Source: Holophagales bacterium (lineage in GTDB: Bacteria; Acidobacteriota; Thermoanaerobaculia; Multivoradales; UBA5704). Taken from it: a stretch of DNA of 64,000 bases. The stretch's first letter is position 1. The number at the start of each line of letters is the position of its first letter. Below, piece after piece: positions 1-10,459 of this stretch. The notes below the pieces were generated by a model. The model worked only from the letters and a program-made list of their open reading frames with translations, had not been told where the DNA came from and did not search any database. Where the stretch lies: contig JANNIH010000054.1 in assembly GCA_031404815.1 (NCBI GenBank), positions 125,509-189,508 on the forward strand, given 5' to 3'. The position numbers and the translations under genes were made by a program.

Positions 1-1
1 G

Positions 2-199
2 ATCGACGATCCGTCCGCCGCTTCGAGGATCGAGACCGGAGCGAAGATCATCAACCTCGGCGGGCTGATCGAATGCCCGGCGCAGATGGAGATCGAGAAG
101 CAGCGCGTGGTCGTGAAAATCGCCGCGGATCACCGGGGGTATGCCCTGATCACTGCGCTACGCGACTCGGCGCAGCGGCTCGAAGGAACGGCTTCGTGA
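2..199 (+). CDS. 3' end of a hypothetical protein (truncated by window edge)
   Basis: Open frame with GC3-rich codons, IDDPSAASRIETGAKIINLGGLIECPAQ...LEGTAS, ending in TGA at 197-199. Confidence 0.5.
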   Translation: MDDPSAASRIETGAKIINLGGLIECPAQMEIEKQRVVVKIAADHRGYALITALRDSAQRLEGTAS

Positions 200-224
200 C
201 CGGACCCAAAGTGAGGCCGGCGCG

Positions 225-638
225 GTGAATGAAAAGATCGAGAAGCACCTGGAACGCATGGAGCAGACCCGCCGCCGGCTCGGGCTGTTGCGCGAAACCG
301 CGCTGTTGCAATTCCGGCGGATTCCTAACGTCCGCCGGATCATCCAATACGTGGCCGACGCGCTGTTGAAAGAGGCGGGCGAGCACCCGCCCGACGCCGA
401 GGTGCTCGGCGAATCGGTGGGCCGGGCCAAGGTTCGCGCCGCCGGGGAGGAGCTGCGCCACATCCTGGAGTTCTTGGGCGAAGCGTCGGACCCCCTGCGG
501 TTCCTCAACCTGCCGGAGGGGTCGGAGCTCGATCCGGCCGACCGGCGGCTGTGCAAATGGGTGGAGGGCCAACGGCGGGAAGTGATGCGGTTGGCGGTGC
601 GCTTCGAGCGGCGGGCGAGGTCGGCGCCGGGGGAGTAG
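225..638 (+). CDS. Hypothetical helical protein (137 aa)
   Basis: GTG start, GC3-biased codons, GAGG upstream; its 5' end is also present at 55665-55752 on the minus strand. Confidence 0.6.
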   Translation: MNEKIEKHLERMEQTRRRLGLLRETALLQFRRIPNVRRIIQYVADALLKEAGEHPPDAEVLGESVGRAKVRAAGEELRHILEFLGEASDPLRFLNLPEGSELDPADRRLCKWVEGQRREVMRLAVRFERRARSAPGE

Positions 639-644
639 AGCCGA

Positions 645-673
645 CAAAAACAAAGGGGGCCCGAAGGCCCCCT
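645..673 (-). terminator. Rho-independent terminator of the TonB-dependent receptor gene
   Basis: Minus strand AGGGGGCC-TTCG-GGCCCCCT followed by TTGTTTTT: 8-bp stem, UUCG tetraloop, about 30 nt after the stop. Confidence 0.85.
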
Positions 674-701
674 AGAAACCAACCGCGGTCCCCTGAACCG
701 A

Positions 702-3626
702 CTAGAAGTCGTAGCGGGCCGCGAGCTGAATCGTGCGCGGGGTGCCGCCGGCGTTCTCCAGACCGAACGTCGCGTTCGGGGTCTGGCCGGTGCCCCAGGT
801 GGTGTTGATCACCGAGCGGTTCTCGGCGTCCGAGCAGTTGAAGCACTCGGCGAAAACCGACAGGGAGCCCGGGCCGATCTTGAAGTCCTTGGCGATCCGC
901 AGATCGAGCGAAGTGAAATCGGGCTGGCGGAAGGAGTTGCGCTCGAAGTGAACGCCGCCGACCGTCGGACGGTCGGTGGTGCTTTCACCGTCGTTGTTCT
1001 GATCGGCGTTCACGGTTGCATTGTAGGGCGAGCCGGTGCTGTAGCGGAACGCGCCGGAGAGGCTGATCCCCCACCAGGGACTCTGCCACAGACCGTTGAC
1101 GACACCCTTCCAGCGCTGGTCCCGGTTCGAGTAGTTGTAGTTCAGATCGAGGTTGTTGTAGTCCTCAGCCTGGATACCGGCGAAATTGCGCTCGTTCGAG
1201 TCGTTGTCCTTGTCCTTCGAGTAGGTGAGCGCCGCGTAGTAGCTGAAGTTGTTCGCCAATCGACGCCGCACGGTGCCCGTGAGAGCGGTGTAGCGCGACT
1301 TGCCGTCCGAGACGCTGTTGGTGACGCGGCCGTAGAACGGGAACGGAAACACCGTCGAGCTGTAGCGCGGCAGGCCGTTGGCACCGATCGTTCCGTCGTA
1401 CTGGCGGTTGATGTCGATCAGGCGCTGAAGCTGCTCTGTCTTGGCGTAGGTGAAATCGAGGCCGGCCGAGGTCAACGGAAAGATCTCGCGCTCTGCGCCG
1501 ATGGTGATTCGATCGGTGTACGGGTTCTCGAAGTTCGAATCGATCACGAACACACCCGGGCGGCGCGGGTTCGGCACGCGGGTGAAGTCGATGCGCTCGA
1601 CGCCAACCGGGTTGAACGGGTTGCTGCCGGTGTTGCCCCAACCCGGTGAAAGCGGATCCGTCGGTCGGAGAACGTTACCCGCCAGGTCGCGCGGCGAGGA
1701 GATGATGTACTGCGTGCCGACGATGCCGTTGGAGGTATAGAGCTGGGCGAGCAGGATGGCCGGGGTGCGGCTCCAGAAGCGGCCGGCCGAGAAGCGGACG
1801 GCGGTCTTCGCATCCGGCGCCCAGGCGAGGCCGATACGGGGCGACAGCTGGTCCGTCAGGCTCGAATCCGGAATTGAGCGGGTCAGGCGGAAGGAACCGT
1901 CGGCGTTGCGATCGTTCGGGTTGAGCGTTTTGTCGTTCGGGTTGTCCTGGGTCTCGGCGCGAATACCGGCCGAAAGGGTCAGGTTGCTGGAGAGGAACCA
2001 CTGGTCCTGCAGGAAGAGGGCGGTTTCCTTCTGGCCGAAGTCGGCGCGACCGGCCTCGCTCGAAGTGCGGCCGCCGAGACCGCCGAATTGGCGGTACTGC
2101 GACCAGCGACCGGCGAGCAGGTCCGCTTTGTTGTTGAAGGCGTAGACGCCGCGCCAGTTGCCGCGGAAGACCTGGTCGATCGTCGTGTCGTTGTACTCGC
2201 CACCGGCCTTGATCACATGGTCGCCGCGCATGAAGGTAACCGTGTCGCCGATCGCCTTGCGCTCGGTGGTCGAGACGATCGGCAGGAACGCAACCTCGCC
2301 GAAGCGGTTGCTCCCGAACTGGATGTCGGGGAGGTTCAGTCCTTTGTCCTCGCGCGGAGTGTCCTCCGTGACGAAGTTGATGTTCAGGTCGTTCAACAGG
2401 TTCGAGCCGAACTGACCTGACCAGGAAGCGACATACCCTTTGGTGTCCAGACCCTCAATGCCGTTGTAGCTCTCGGTGCGGGTGGCCGAGTCCGAGGTGC
2501 CGTTGACGCCGTCATACTTGGTAAAGTTGGCGCGAACCAAGAAGCGATGTTGGGCGTTCGCCTGGTAGTCGAGCCGGCCGAACAGAACGTCGCCGTCCTT
2601 GGTCTGCGCGTAGGTGGGCGCTGAGGCGAGCACCGGATACCGGGCGAAGATGTCGGCGTCGATCACGGACGACACGATCGGCACCGTCAAGGTCTGCTTC
2701 TGCTGATCGTACGAGGCGAAGAAGAACAGCTTGTCCTTGACGATCGGACCGCCGATCGAGGCGCCGTACTGTTCCTTCTCCTGATCGGCGGGCTCCGCGC
2801 CACCGGCGAAATTCGAGACTAAGCTTTGCGGCTGGTTGTAGTAGAACAGCGAGCCGCGGAAGTTGTTGGTACCGTTCTTGGTGATGACGTTGACGAAACC
2901 GCCGCCCGAGCGGCCGAACTCGACCGACGCCCCGTTGGTGACGACCGAGAACTCCTTGATCGACTCCTGCGAGATCGAGAGCGGGGCACGCCCTTCCGCG
3001 CCACCGACCGTGCCGCCGAAGAAGCCGTTGTTGTAGTCCACTCCGTCGACCGTGACGTTGGTGTTGATGCCGCGCTGACCGGAGAGCGAGATGTTGCCGC
3101 GCTCCGAGTCGAACCGGCTCTCGGGGGTGAGCAGGACCAGGCTGCGGAATTCGCGGCCGTTGATCGGGATCTGCTGGATCTGCTCGGTCTGGATGGTGGT
3201 GCCGCGGGTCGTGTTCGTGACCTCGACGACCGGCGCCTCGCTGGTCACGGTGATCGAATCGGTCACCGTTCCCGGCTGCAGGGTGAAGTTGAGCGTCGGC
3301 GCCTCGCCGATCAGCAGGCGGATCTCGCGGTTCGCCGGACCGAACCCATCGAGGGTGGCGGTCACCGAGTAAGAGCCGGTGGGCAGGTTGAAGATGCGGT
3401 AACCGCCCTCTTCGCCGGTGTTCGCCTGGATGGTGAGACCCGTCTCTTGGTTCTTGGCTTCGACCGTGACGCCCGGGAGAGCTGCGCCGTCGGCGTCGGT
3501 GACTTGACCGGAGATTCGGCTGGTGGTGACATCGGTCTGCGCGAATGCGGCCGTCGCTGAACCCGCGAGCAGCAACAGGCTCACGAGCGCGAACGTCCAT
3601 CGGGACTGAAGTTGACCTCGATGCAC
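702..3626 (-). CDS. TonB-dependent receptor, Oar-like, with N-terminal carboxypeptidase-regulatory-like domain
   Basis: Signal peptide; ISGQVTDADGAALPGVTV; plug motif EFGRSGGGFVNVITKNGTN; C-terminal PRTIQLAARYDF. Confidence 0.93.
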   Translation of the reverse strand: MHRGQLQSRWTFALVSLLLLAGSATAAFAQTDVTTSRISGQVTDADGAALPGVTVEAKNQETGLTIQANTGEEGGYRIFNLPTGSYSVTATLDGFGPANREIRLLIGEAPTLNFTLQPGTVTDSITVTSEAPVVEVTNTTRGTTIQTEQIQQIPINGREFRSLVLLTPESRFDSERGNISLSGQRGINTNVTVDGVDYNNGFFGGTVGGAEGRAPLSISQESIKEFSVVTNGASVEFGRSGGGFVNVITKNGTNNFRGSLFYYNQPQSLVSNFAGGAEPADQEKEQYGASIGGPIVKDKLFFFASYDQQKQTLTVPIVSSVIDADIFARYPVLASAPTYAQTKDGDVLFGRLDYQANAQHRFLVRANFTKYDGVNGTSDSATRTESYNGIEGLDTKGYVASWSGQFGSNLLNDLNINFVTEDTPREDKGLNLPDIQFGSNRFGEVAFLPIVSTTERKAIGDTVTFMRGDHVIKAGGEYNDTTIDQVFRGNWRGVYAFNNKADLLAGRWSQYRQFGGLGGRTSSEAGRADFGQKETALFLQDQWFLSSNLTLSAGIRAETQDNPNDKTLNPNDRNADGSFRLTRSIPDSSLTDQLSPRIGLAWAPDAKTAVRFSAGRFWSRTPAILLAQLYTSNGIVGTQYIISSPRDLAGNVLRPTDPLSPGWGNTGSNPFNPVGVERIDFTRVPNPRRPGVFVIDSNFENPYTDRITIGAEREIFPLTSAGLDFTYAKTEQLQRLIDINRQYDGTIGANGLPRYSSTVFPFPFYGRVTNSVSDGKSRYTALTGTVRRRLANNFSYYAALTYSKDKDNDSNERNFAGIQAEDYNNLDLNYNYSNRDQRWKGVVNGLWQSPWWGISLSGAFRYSTGSPYNATVNADQNNDGESTTDRPTVGGVHFERNSFRQPDFTSLDLRIAKDFKIGPGSLSVFAECFNCSDAENRSVINTTWGTGQTPNATFGLENAGGTPRTIQLAARYDF

Positions 3627-3981
3627 GGTGTTTCCTCCTTGGGTTCGATTGGAACTGGGTCGATGAATGCGGATGGGGTATGGAACTCGGTTCGATTCTA
3701 GAGGTCGGGCAAGATCGGGCGGTGCCGCGCTTTGGGCGAAGCCGTGACGAAACTGTAACGGCTGGCGACCGCTGGCGTGGGCAGGGCCATGGTAGGCTCA
3801 CGGGCCGGTACCGCTCGACCGAGCATCTCGACCTCGGATTCTCGTCTGCGACGTCTGATCAGCTTACTGCTTTGATCGATCTACTGCGACGGCTCGGGAG
3901 CGGATTGAGCTTCTTGTCCAGAGCGTCCGATCGCTCGGAAGCGACCCTGTCCTTGAACCCCTGTCCGTCTGAGCACCTGGA

Positions 3982-4476
3982 ATGATACTCCAAGACCGAG
4001 CTTTGGTGAGCGTCGTCATGGGCAGCCGCTCCGATTGGGAGACGATGCGCCATGCCACGGAGACTTTGGAGCGCTTCGGCGTTCCCCACGAGCGACGAAT
4101 CGTCTCGGCTCACCGGACCCCCGAGCTGATGCGCGATTTTGCCCGCGGCGCTCATGATCGGGGGGTCGAGGTGATCATCGCGGGCGCCGGAGGCGCCGCC
4201 CACCTGCCGGGCATGATCGCGGCCTGGACGCTTCTGCCGGTGTTCGGCGTGCCGGTCAAGAGCCGTAGCCTCAACGGTTTGGACTCGCTCCTCTCGATCG
4301 TCCAAATGCCGGCCGGGGTACCCGTCGGTACGCTCGCGATCGGCGAGGCGGGGGCGACCAACGCCGCACTGCTCGCCATCCGCTGCCTCGCTACGTCTCG
4401 CCCCGAGCTGAAAGAAAAGCTTAGGGCGTTCGCCGCCGAGCAGGAGCGGAAGGTCCTCGAAGATTCGTTGGCCTGA
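3982..4476 (+). CDS. purE: N5-carboxyaminoimidazole ribonucleotide mutase
   Basis: [35 protein letters not shown] motifs. Confidence 0.97.
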   Translation: MILQDRALVSVVMGSRSDWETMRHATETLERFGVPHERRIVSAHRTPELMRDFARGAHDRGVEVIIAGAGGAAHLPGMIAAWTLLPVFGVPVKSRSLNGLDSLLSIVQMPAGVPVGTLAIGEAGATNAALLAIRCLATSRPELKEKLRAFAAEQERKVLEDSLA

Positions 4477-4508
4477 GGCGACGGCCTAAAGATAAGACCT
4501 CCCGCGGC

Positions 4509-5678
4509 ATGGCGATCCTTCCCGGTTCGACGATCGGTATTCTGGGCAGCGGCCAGCTCGGCCGGATGTTCAGCCTCGCCGCGCGCAAGATGGGCTATCG
4601 CGTCCATACCTTCTCGCCCGACCGCGACACGCCGACCGGCCAGGTGGCGGATGTCGAGATCGTCGCTCCATACGAGGATCTGGATGCCGTGCGCGCCTTC
4701 GCCCAAAACGTCGCGGCGGTGACCTTCGAATTCGAGAACGTGCCGGCGACCACCGCCGCCGCAGCGGCCGAGATCGCCCCGGTGCGCCCCTCGGGCGCGG
4801 TCCTTCACCTCACCCAGAACCGTCTGCGGGAGAAGGGCTTTCTCGCCGAGCACGGATTTCCGGTCGCACCGTTCGCTCCTGTCCGCTCTCTCGCGGAGTT
4901 GACCGCCGCCCTCCCGCGCATCGGCTGCCCCTCGGTGCTCAAGACCGCCGGCTGGGGTTACGACGGGAAAGGTCAAACGGTCATCCGCGAAGTAGAAGGC
5001 GCCTCCGCCGCCTGGGCTGCACTCGGATTTCCGGAGACCGGCGGTGCCTCCGAGGCGATCCTGGAGGCGTTCGTCGATTTTGAGGTCGAGCTCTCGGTGG
5101 TCGCCGCGCGCGGGCTCGACGGCGGTTTTGCCAGTTGGGGTGCGTTCGAAAACCACCACTCTCGGCACATTCTCGATCTGACACTCGCCCCGGCGCGAGT
5201 TCCCCGGCAAGTGGCCAGCCGGGCGGTCGAGCTCGCTCATGACATTCTGGAAGCGCTCCGACTCGAAGGCGTGCTCTGCGTCGAGCTGTTCCTCACCCGA
5301 GCGGGGGATCTGCTGGTCAACGAGCTCGCACCCCGGCCGCACAACTCGGGCCATCTGACCTTCGATGCCGCGGTGACCAGCCAGTTCGAGCAACAGCTGC
5401 GCGCGGTCTGCGGTTTGCCGCTTGGGGCGACCGAGCTCTACCGGCCGGCGGCGATGGTCAACCTGCTCGGCGACCTCTGGCAAGAGGGGGAGCCCGACTG
5501 GGCCGCAGCGCTCGCGTTCCCGGCGGTCAAGCTCCACCTATACGGCAAGGTCGAGGCTCGTCCGGGGCGTAAGATGGGGCACCTAACAGCGCTCGGTTCT
5601 TCGGCCACCGAAGCGGCGGAGCTCGCCCGCGCGGCACGATCCGCGCTCGAACCGAAAGCCCTTGGAGGATCGCGATGA
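4509..5678 (+). CDS. purK: N5-CAIR synthase (ATP-grasp)
   Basis: GILGSGQLGRM, TFEFENVP, GYDGKGQ, NELAPRPHNSGH, HLYGK...GRKMGH; follows purE. Confidence 0.96.
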   Translation: MAILPGSTIGILGSGQLGRMFSLAARKMGYRVHTFSPDRDTPTGQVADVEIVAPYEDLDAVRAFAQNVAAVTFEFENVPATTAAAAAEIAPVRPSGAVLHLTQNRLREKGFLAEHGFPVAPFAPVRSLAELTAALPRIGCPSVLKTAGWGYDGKGQTVIREVEGASAAWAALGFPETGGASEAILEAFVDFEVELSVVAARGLDGGFASWGAFENHHSRHILDLTLAPARVPRQVASRAVELAHDILEALRLEGVLCVELFLTRAGDLLVNELAPRPHNSGHLTFDAAVTSQFEQQLRAVCGLPLGATELYRPAAMVNLLGDLWQEGEPDWAAALAFPAVKLHLYGKVEARPGRKMGHLTALGSSATEAAELARAARSALEPKALGGSR

Positions 5679-6742
5679 GCCAGCTGATGATCTATGGCGC
5701 CAACGGTTATACCGGGGAGCTGGCGGCCCGCGAGGCCGTGGCGCAGGGCCTCGCGCCGATCCTCGCCGGGCGCAGACGAGAACCGCTTCTGAAGCTTTGC
5801 ACCGAGTTGGGCCTCACGGTCAGGGTTTTCGATCTAGAAGAACCCGCGTCGGTTCGCCGCGGGCTCGAAGGGGTGGCCGTCGTTCTTCACTGCGCCGGAC
5901 CGTTCGTACTCACCAGCCGGCCGATGGTCGAAGCGTGCCTGGAGGCGGGTTGCCACTACCTCGACATCACCGGCGAGATCCGGGTCTTCGAGGGGGTCTT
6001 CGGCCGCCACGCGAAAGCCGAGCGCGCGGGCGTCACCCTCCTGCCCGGCGTCGGCTTCGATGTCGTGCCGTCGGACTCCCTCGCGCTGCGGCTCGCCGAG
6101 GCGCTGCCGGGCGCCACAGCGCTCACCCTGGCTTTCGCCACCGCGGGCGGCTCGGCGAGCCGCGGCACGCTCAAGACAATGATCGAGAGTTTCCCCGAGG
6201 CCGGGGCGATCCGCCGGGACGGCAAGCTCATGGCGGTGCCGCTCGCCTGGCACGTCCGCGAGATCGATTTCGGCGGCCGACTCGGGCGACGCACCTGTAC
6301 CACCATCCCTTGGGGCGACCTTTCGACGGCCTGGCGCTCGACCGGGGTGCCGAATTTGCGGGTTTATACCGCGATGCCGCCGAGCGCGGTTCGCCGCCTG
6401 CGCTGGCTGAACCCCCTGCTCCCGCTCGCCGGCTGGGGTCCGATCAAACGCCGCCTGCAGCGCGCGGTCGATCGGCGGGCGATCGGACCGAGCGCCGAGG
6501 CGCGGGCCACCGCCCGAACTTATCTTTGGGGCGAGATCGAAGGCGATGGGGGGCGGCGCTTCTCCGCCACGCTCGAAACCTCCGAGGCCTACGCCTTCAC
6601 GGCCATCGCCGCGATCGCCTGCGCCCGGAAGGTACTTGCGGGCGAGGTGAAGCCGGGGGCCTGGACGGCTGCCCAGGCGTTTGGCAGCCGGTTCGTGGAC
6701 GGTCTGCCGGGGGTTGTGGCGGGGCCGATCGTCGAAGGCTGA
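5675..6742 (+). CDS. Saccharopine dehydrogenase-like NAD(P)-dependent oxidoreductase
   Basis: IYGANGYTG Rossmann motif, HCAGPF, HYLDITGE, GFDVVPSD; ATGA overlap with purK. Confidence 0.88.
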   Translation: MSQLMIYGANGYTGELAAREAVAQGLAPILAGRRREPLLKLCTELGLTVRVFDLEEPASVRRGLEGVAVVLHCAGPFVLTSRPMVEACLEAGCHYLDITGEIRVFEGVFGRHAKAERAGVTLLPGVGFDVVPSDSLALRLAEALPGATALTLAFATAGGSASRGTLKTMIESFPEAGAIRRDGKLMAVPLAWHVREIDFGGRLGRRTCTTIPWGDLSTAWRSTGVPNLRVYTAMPPSAVRRLRWLNPLLPLAGWGPIKRRLQRAVDRRAIGPSAEARATARTYLWGEIEGDGGRRFSATLETSEAYAFTAIAAIACARKVLAGEVKPGAWTAAQAFGSRFVDGLPGVVAGPIVEG

Positions 6743-6792
6743 CCGGATCACGCCCGCACGAACCCACAACAGCGCCCCGGCGAGCAACCAGC

Positions 6793-8115
6793 TCAGTTCG
6801 CCGGCCGAATCAGGTGTCCGTAGCGCAGCGGCTCACCCCTCTCCCAGGGCCGGTACTGGTTGCAGAAGTCGATCCGCTCGCCAAGCGTCGGGTGCGACGA
6901 GCGCCAGAGCTTGTAGAGCAGCCCCGGACGGGGATTGCTCAGGTTCTCCTGCTGGAGCTTGACGAAAGCGGTTGCCGCGGCATGGTTGTCGCGGGTTATC
7001 TCCAGGCCGAAAACGTCCGACTGGTGCTCAACGTAGCGACCGATCGCCATGATCGCGGGAGTCAGGACGAACATCACCAGGCTGAACAGCAGAACGATCA
7101 ACGGCCACGAGGCGACATCCGAGAGCTCATGGAAGCCGAAGCGGCCACCCCATCGCGCAATCATCCCGCGGGCCAGGCGGTGGATCGAGTAGAGGCCGAT
7201 CAGGATCAGCCCGAAACCGAGGCCGATCTGGAGCGGCACGTGACCGAGCACATAGTGGCCCATCTCGTGGCCCATGACGAACAACACCTCGCGCTCGTCG
7301 AGCTTCTTTAGGATCGTGTCCCAGAGAACCACCCGCTTGGTACCCCCGATTCCGGTGACGTAGGCGTTGACCTTCTCGGTGTCGACGCTCTTGTCGACTT
7401 CGAACACGCGGCTCCCTTCGATCCCGGCACGATCGGCGAGCGCGAGGATCTTCGCTTCGAGCGCCTGGTCCTTCATCGGGCCGAAATTGTTGAACAGGGG
7501 ATCGAGCCAGACGGGCGAGATCACGAGCAGCAGAACGAGCAGCGGCACCGAGGCGAGCGAGGTCCACAGCCACCAACGGCGAGGGCTCTTCTTCAACATC
7601 AGGAAGGGGAGCCACAGGGTGGCCACGCTGCTGAAGATGCCGATCAAGAGGCCCTTTCCCGCATCGCTCCACCACTTCGCGGCGGTCTGGTTGGACAGCC
7701 CATAGGCGTGCTCGCGCACGAAGTCGGTCGAATAGGCGAGCGGCAGGCCGATCACGAACGTCAGGATCGTAAACAGTGCGAAGTAGATCGCGATCGTCGG
7801 ATACCAGCGCTTGCCGATCCTCTGGGCAAACGTACGCATTCGAGCGGAGAAACCGGAGAACAGGAGTAGGGCAGGTACCGCGAAACCCCACAGCAGATCG
7901 ACCCACCAGATCGCAATGCCGCTCTCGTAGTAGCGCATCGCCTGCTCGCTCGGACTGGGAACCGCGACCGGACCGAGGTCGGCAGGTGCCGCGACCGCCG
8001 CCGAAGCGACCGGGTACTCCGCCGGTACCACCGTTTGCGCGGAGGCCGGGAGCGGCACGGAGACGAATCCCCAGACTGCGACAAGTACAAAAGCTGCGAA
8101 AGCTCGAGCGCCCAT
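6793..8115 (-). CDS. M48 (Ste24p-like) membrane zinc metallopeptidase
   Basis: NAYVTG, HEMGH (HExxH), SHP motif near C-terminus, several TM helices; start moved to ATG at 8115. Confidence 0.9.
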   Translation of the reverse strand: MGARAFAAFVLVAVWGFVSVPLPASAQTVVPAEYPVASAAVAAPADLGPVAVPSPSEQAMRYYESGIAIWWVDLLWGFAVPALLLFSGFSARMRTFAQRIGKRWYPTIAIYFALFTILTFVIGLPLAYSTDFVREHAYGLSNQTAAKWWSDAGKGLLIGIFSSVATLWLPFLMLKKSPRRWWLWTSLASVPLLVLLLVISPVWLDPLFNNFGPMKDQALEAKILALADRAGIEGSRVFEVDKSVDTEKVNAYVTGIGGTKRVVLWDTILKKLDEREVLFVMGHEMGHYVLGHVPLQIGLGFGLILIGLYSIHRLARGMIARWGGRFGFHELSDVASWPLIVLLFSLVMFVLTPAIMAIGRYVEHQSDVFGLEITRDNHAAATAFVKLQQENLSNPRPGLLYKLWRSSHPTLGERIDFCNQYRPWERGEPLRYGHLIRPAN

Positions 8116-8191
8116 GTTTTTCTCCTCGGAGTGGCCGGAGAGGATACGCGGAAACGGGGGTTCCTCGGGTTCCAAGGTAAGATCCGCCGCC

Positions 8192-9751
8192 ATGAGCGAC
8201 ACCCGAGGAAAGCAGATCTCCGAGCTCAAAGAGCGGCTCGCCGCGGCCGAGGCGGGCGGTGGCCCGGATCGCGTCGCGCGTCAGCATAAAGAGGGCAAGC
8301 TGACCGCCCGCGAGCGGGTGGAGCTTTTGCTCGACCCGGGATCGTTCGTCGAGCTCGATGCCCTGGTCGCCCACCGTTGCCGCGACTTCGGTATGGACGA
8401 GGTTAAATTCCCCGGTGATGGCGTGGTCTCCGGCTACGGCACGGTCGAGGGGCGACTGGTCTACGTCTTCGCCCAGGATTTCACCGTCTTTGGCGGCTCG
8501 CTGTCCGAGACCAACGCCCAGAAGATCTGCAAGATCATGGATCTTGCCGTCGAGAACGGCGCGCCGGTGATCGGTCTCAACGATTCGGGAGGCGCGCGAA
8601 TCCAAGAGGGGGTGGCCTCGCTCGGCGGTTACGCCGACATCTTCCTGCGCAACACCCTCGCTTCCGGCGTCGTGCCGCAGATTTCGGCGATCCTTGGCCC
8701 CTGTGCAGGCGGCGCGGTCTACTCCCCCGCGATCACCGATTTCATCTTCATGGTCGAGGGGACGAGCTATATGTTCGTCACCGGGCCGGACGTGATCCGC
8801 ACGGTGACCCACGAAGAGGTGACCAAAGAGGCCCTGGGAGGCGCCACCACTCATAGCGCGAAGAGTGGAGTTTGCCATTTCGTCCGCGGCAACGATGCGG
8901 CCTGCCTGGCCGGCATTCGCGAGCTGCTCTCCTATCTGCCGAGCAACAACCTGGACGATCCGCCACCGGCCACTTCGGAAGACGACCCGTTCCGCGCCGC
9001 AGAGGCTCTCGACACGCTGGTCCCCTCCGACCCGAACAAGCCGTACGACATCAAGCAGTTGATCGGCTTGGTGGTCGACGACGGCAAATTTCTCGAAGTG
9101 CATGCCGACTTCGCGAAGAACCTGGTCGTCGGCTTCGCCCGTTTCGCCAACCAGTCGGTGGGCATTGTGGCCAACCAGCCGCAGTTCTTGGCCGGAGTGC
9201 TCGACATCGACGCCTCGCTCAAAGGCGCCCGGTTCGTCCGCTTCTGCGATGCTTTCAACCTCCCAATCGTCACCTTCGAGGACGTTCCCGGCTTTCTCCC
9301 AGGCACTCAGCAGGAATTCGGCGGCATCATCAAGCATGGCGCGAAGCTGCTCTATGCCTACGCCGAAGCGACCGTGCCGAAGATCACGATCATCACCCGC
9401 AAGTCTTACGGCGGCGCCTACTGTGTGATGGCGAGCAAACACCTGCGCACCGACGTCAACCTCGCCTATCCGACCGCGGAGTTGGCCGTTATGGGCCCTG
9501 AGGGCGCGGTCAACATTCTCTACAAGCGCGAACTCGACCGGGCGGGCGACAACGCCGCCGCGGTGCGGCAAGAAAAGGTCGCCGAATACCGGGCGAAGTT
9601 CTCGAACCCCTATATCGCCGCCGAGCGGGGCTTCTTGGACGCGGTGATCGAACCGCGCGAAACCCGGTCACATATCGTCAAAGCGCTGCGCCAGCTCGCG
9701 AGCAAGCGGCAGAGCTCACCCGCCAAGAAACACGGCAACATGCCACTCTAA
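8192..9751 (+). CDS. Acyl-CoA (propionyl-CoA-type) carboxylase carboxyltransferase beta subunit
   Basis: [43 protein letters not shown]; start at ATG 8192. Confidence 0.93.
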   Translation: MSDTRGKQISELKERLAAAEAGGGPDRVARQHKEGKLTARERVELLLDPGSFVELDALVAHRCRDFGMDEVKFPGDGVVSGYGTVEGRLVYVFAQDFTVFGGSLSETNAQKICKIMDLAVENGAPVIGLNDSGGARIQEGVASLGGYADIFLRNTLASGVVPQISAILGPCAGGAVYSPAITDFIFMVEGTSYMFVTGPDVIRTVTHEEVTKEALGGATTHSAKSGVCHFVRGNDAACLAGIRELLSYLPSNNLDDPPPATSEDDPFRAAEALDTLVPSDPNKPYDIKQLIGLVVDDGKFLEVHADFAKNLVVGFARFANQSVGIVANQPQFLAGVLDIDASLKGARFVRFCDAFNLPIVTFEDVPGFLPGTQQEFGGIIKHGAKLLYAYAEATVPKITIITRKSYGGAYCVMASKHLRTDVNLAYPTAELAVMGPEGAVNILYKRELDRAGDNAAAVRQEKVAEYRAKFSNPYIAAERGFLDAVIEPRETRSHIVKALRQLASKRQSSPAKKHGNMPL

Positions 9752-9908
9752 CGAGCGACTCCAGCGCCGAGCACCTCTGGTGCGGGCCTGCTTTTTCTTG
9801 ACAGCCCGCAGGCGCGTGCGACAAGCTGGGAGCATTCTTCGGTCGCGGTTTCGAAACACCGTCGCCGCGCGGCCGGTCATCACGTTACAGGGGACAGCAG
9901 GAGGGCTG

Positions 9909-10196
9909 ATGAGAGAGAAGGATCGCGATCTGCGGCGCCGGAGGCAAAGGCGCAACAAGCGCTTGGCCAAGCGTCTCCACGCGGAGACCTTGAAGAAGGC
10001 CGAAATCCAACAGGCTTCGAAGCGGGCGGCGAAGAAGGCTTCGAACGACGCGGCAGCCGCAGCGGAGACCGCGGCTGCCGAAGAGAAAAAGAAGCCGGCG
10101 GCAAAAAAGGCTCCCGCGGCGAAGAAAGCTCCCGCCAAGAAAGCTTCCGCCCAGGGAGCGGCCGGTGCGGAGCCGGATTCGGGAAGCGAAGCGTAA
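9909..10196 (+). CDS. Small basic Arg/Lys/Ala-rich protein (95 aa)
   Basis: GGAGG RBS before ATG 9909; MREKDRDLRRRRQRRNKR, then AAKKAP repeats. Confidence 0.65.
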   Translation: MREKDRDLRRRRQRRNKRLAKRLHAETLKKAEIQQASKRAAKKASNDAAAAAETAAAEEKKKPAAKKAPAAKKAPAKKASAQGAAGAEPDSGSEA

Positions 10197-10225
10197 GCTC
10201 CGCTTCTAGGGCCTGGGCGAAAGAA

Positions 10226-10254
10226 GGCGCCTGAGCGAGAAGGCGCCCCTTTTG
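10226..10254 (+). terminator. Putative intrinsic terminator
   Basis: GGCGCCT-8 nt-AGGCGCC followed by CCTTTTGT, 30 nt after the stop. Confidence 0.45.
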
Positions 10255-10459
10255 TCCCGGATACCAGAGACAAACCGCTCGCGAGGTCGCGCCACCGGCC
10301 GATCACCTGCTGATCGCCAAAACGCTCCTCTCGGGCGGTTTTCCTTGCCGGCGGGCCTTCGCGGGTCCCTCTCTCGTCCGCTCCCGAGCCCAACCGGTCG
10401 CTTCGGCCCTAGGCCGGCCGTTCCCATTCGGATCGACTTATTTTCAAAAGAGGATAGCC

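Noticed and set aside
3627-3981. ncRNA or small ORF between the TonB receptor and purE
   Set aside because: Only short imperfect repeats (GGAACT.GGT.CGAT); no supportable structure or coding signal.
7127-9571. Long antisense or alternate-frame ORFs (e.g. 814 aa here, 864 aa at 30228-32822, 567 aa at 15696-17399)
   Set aside because: Shadow ORFs typical of high-GC DNA lying opposite well-supported genes.
10200-10459. Riboswitch (ZTP, glycine or THF) in the glyA leader
   Set aside because: I could not recognise the conserved aptamer motifs; an Infernal search would be needed.
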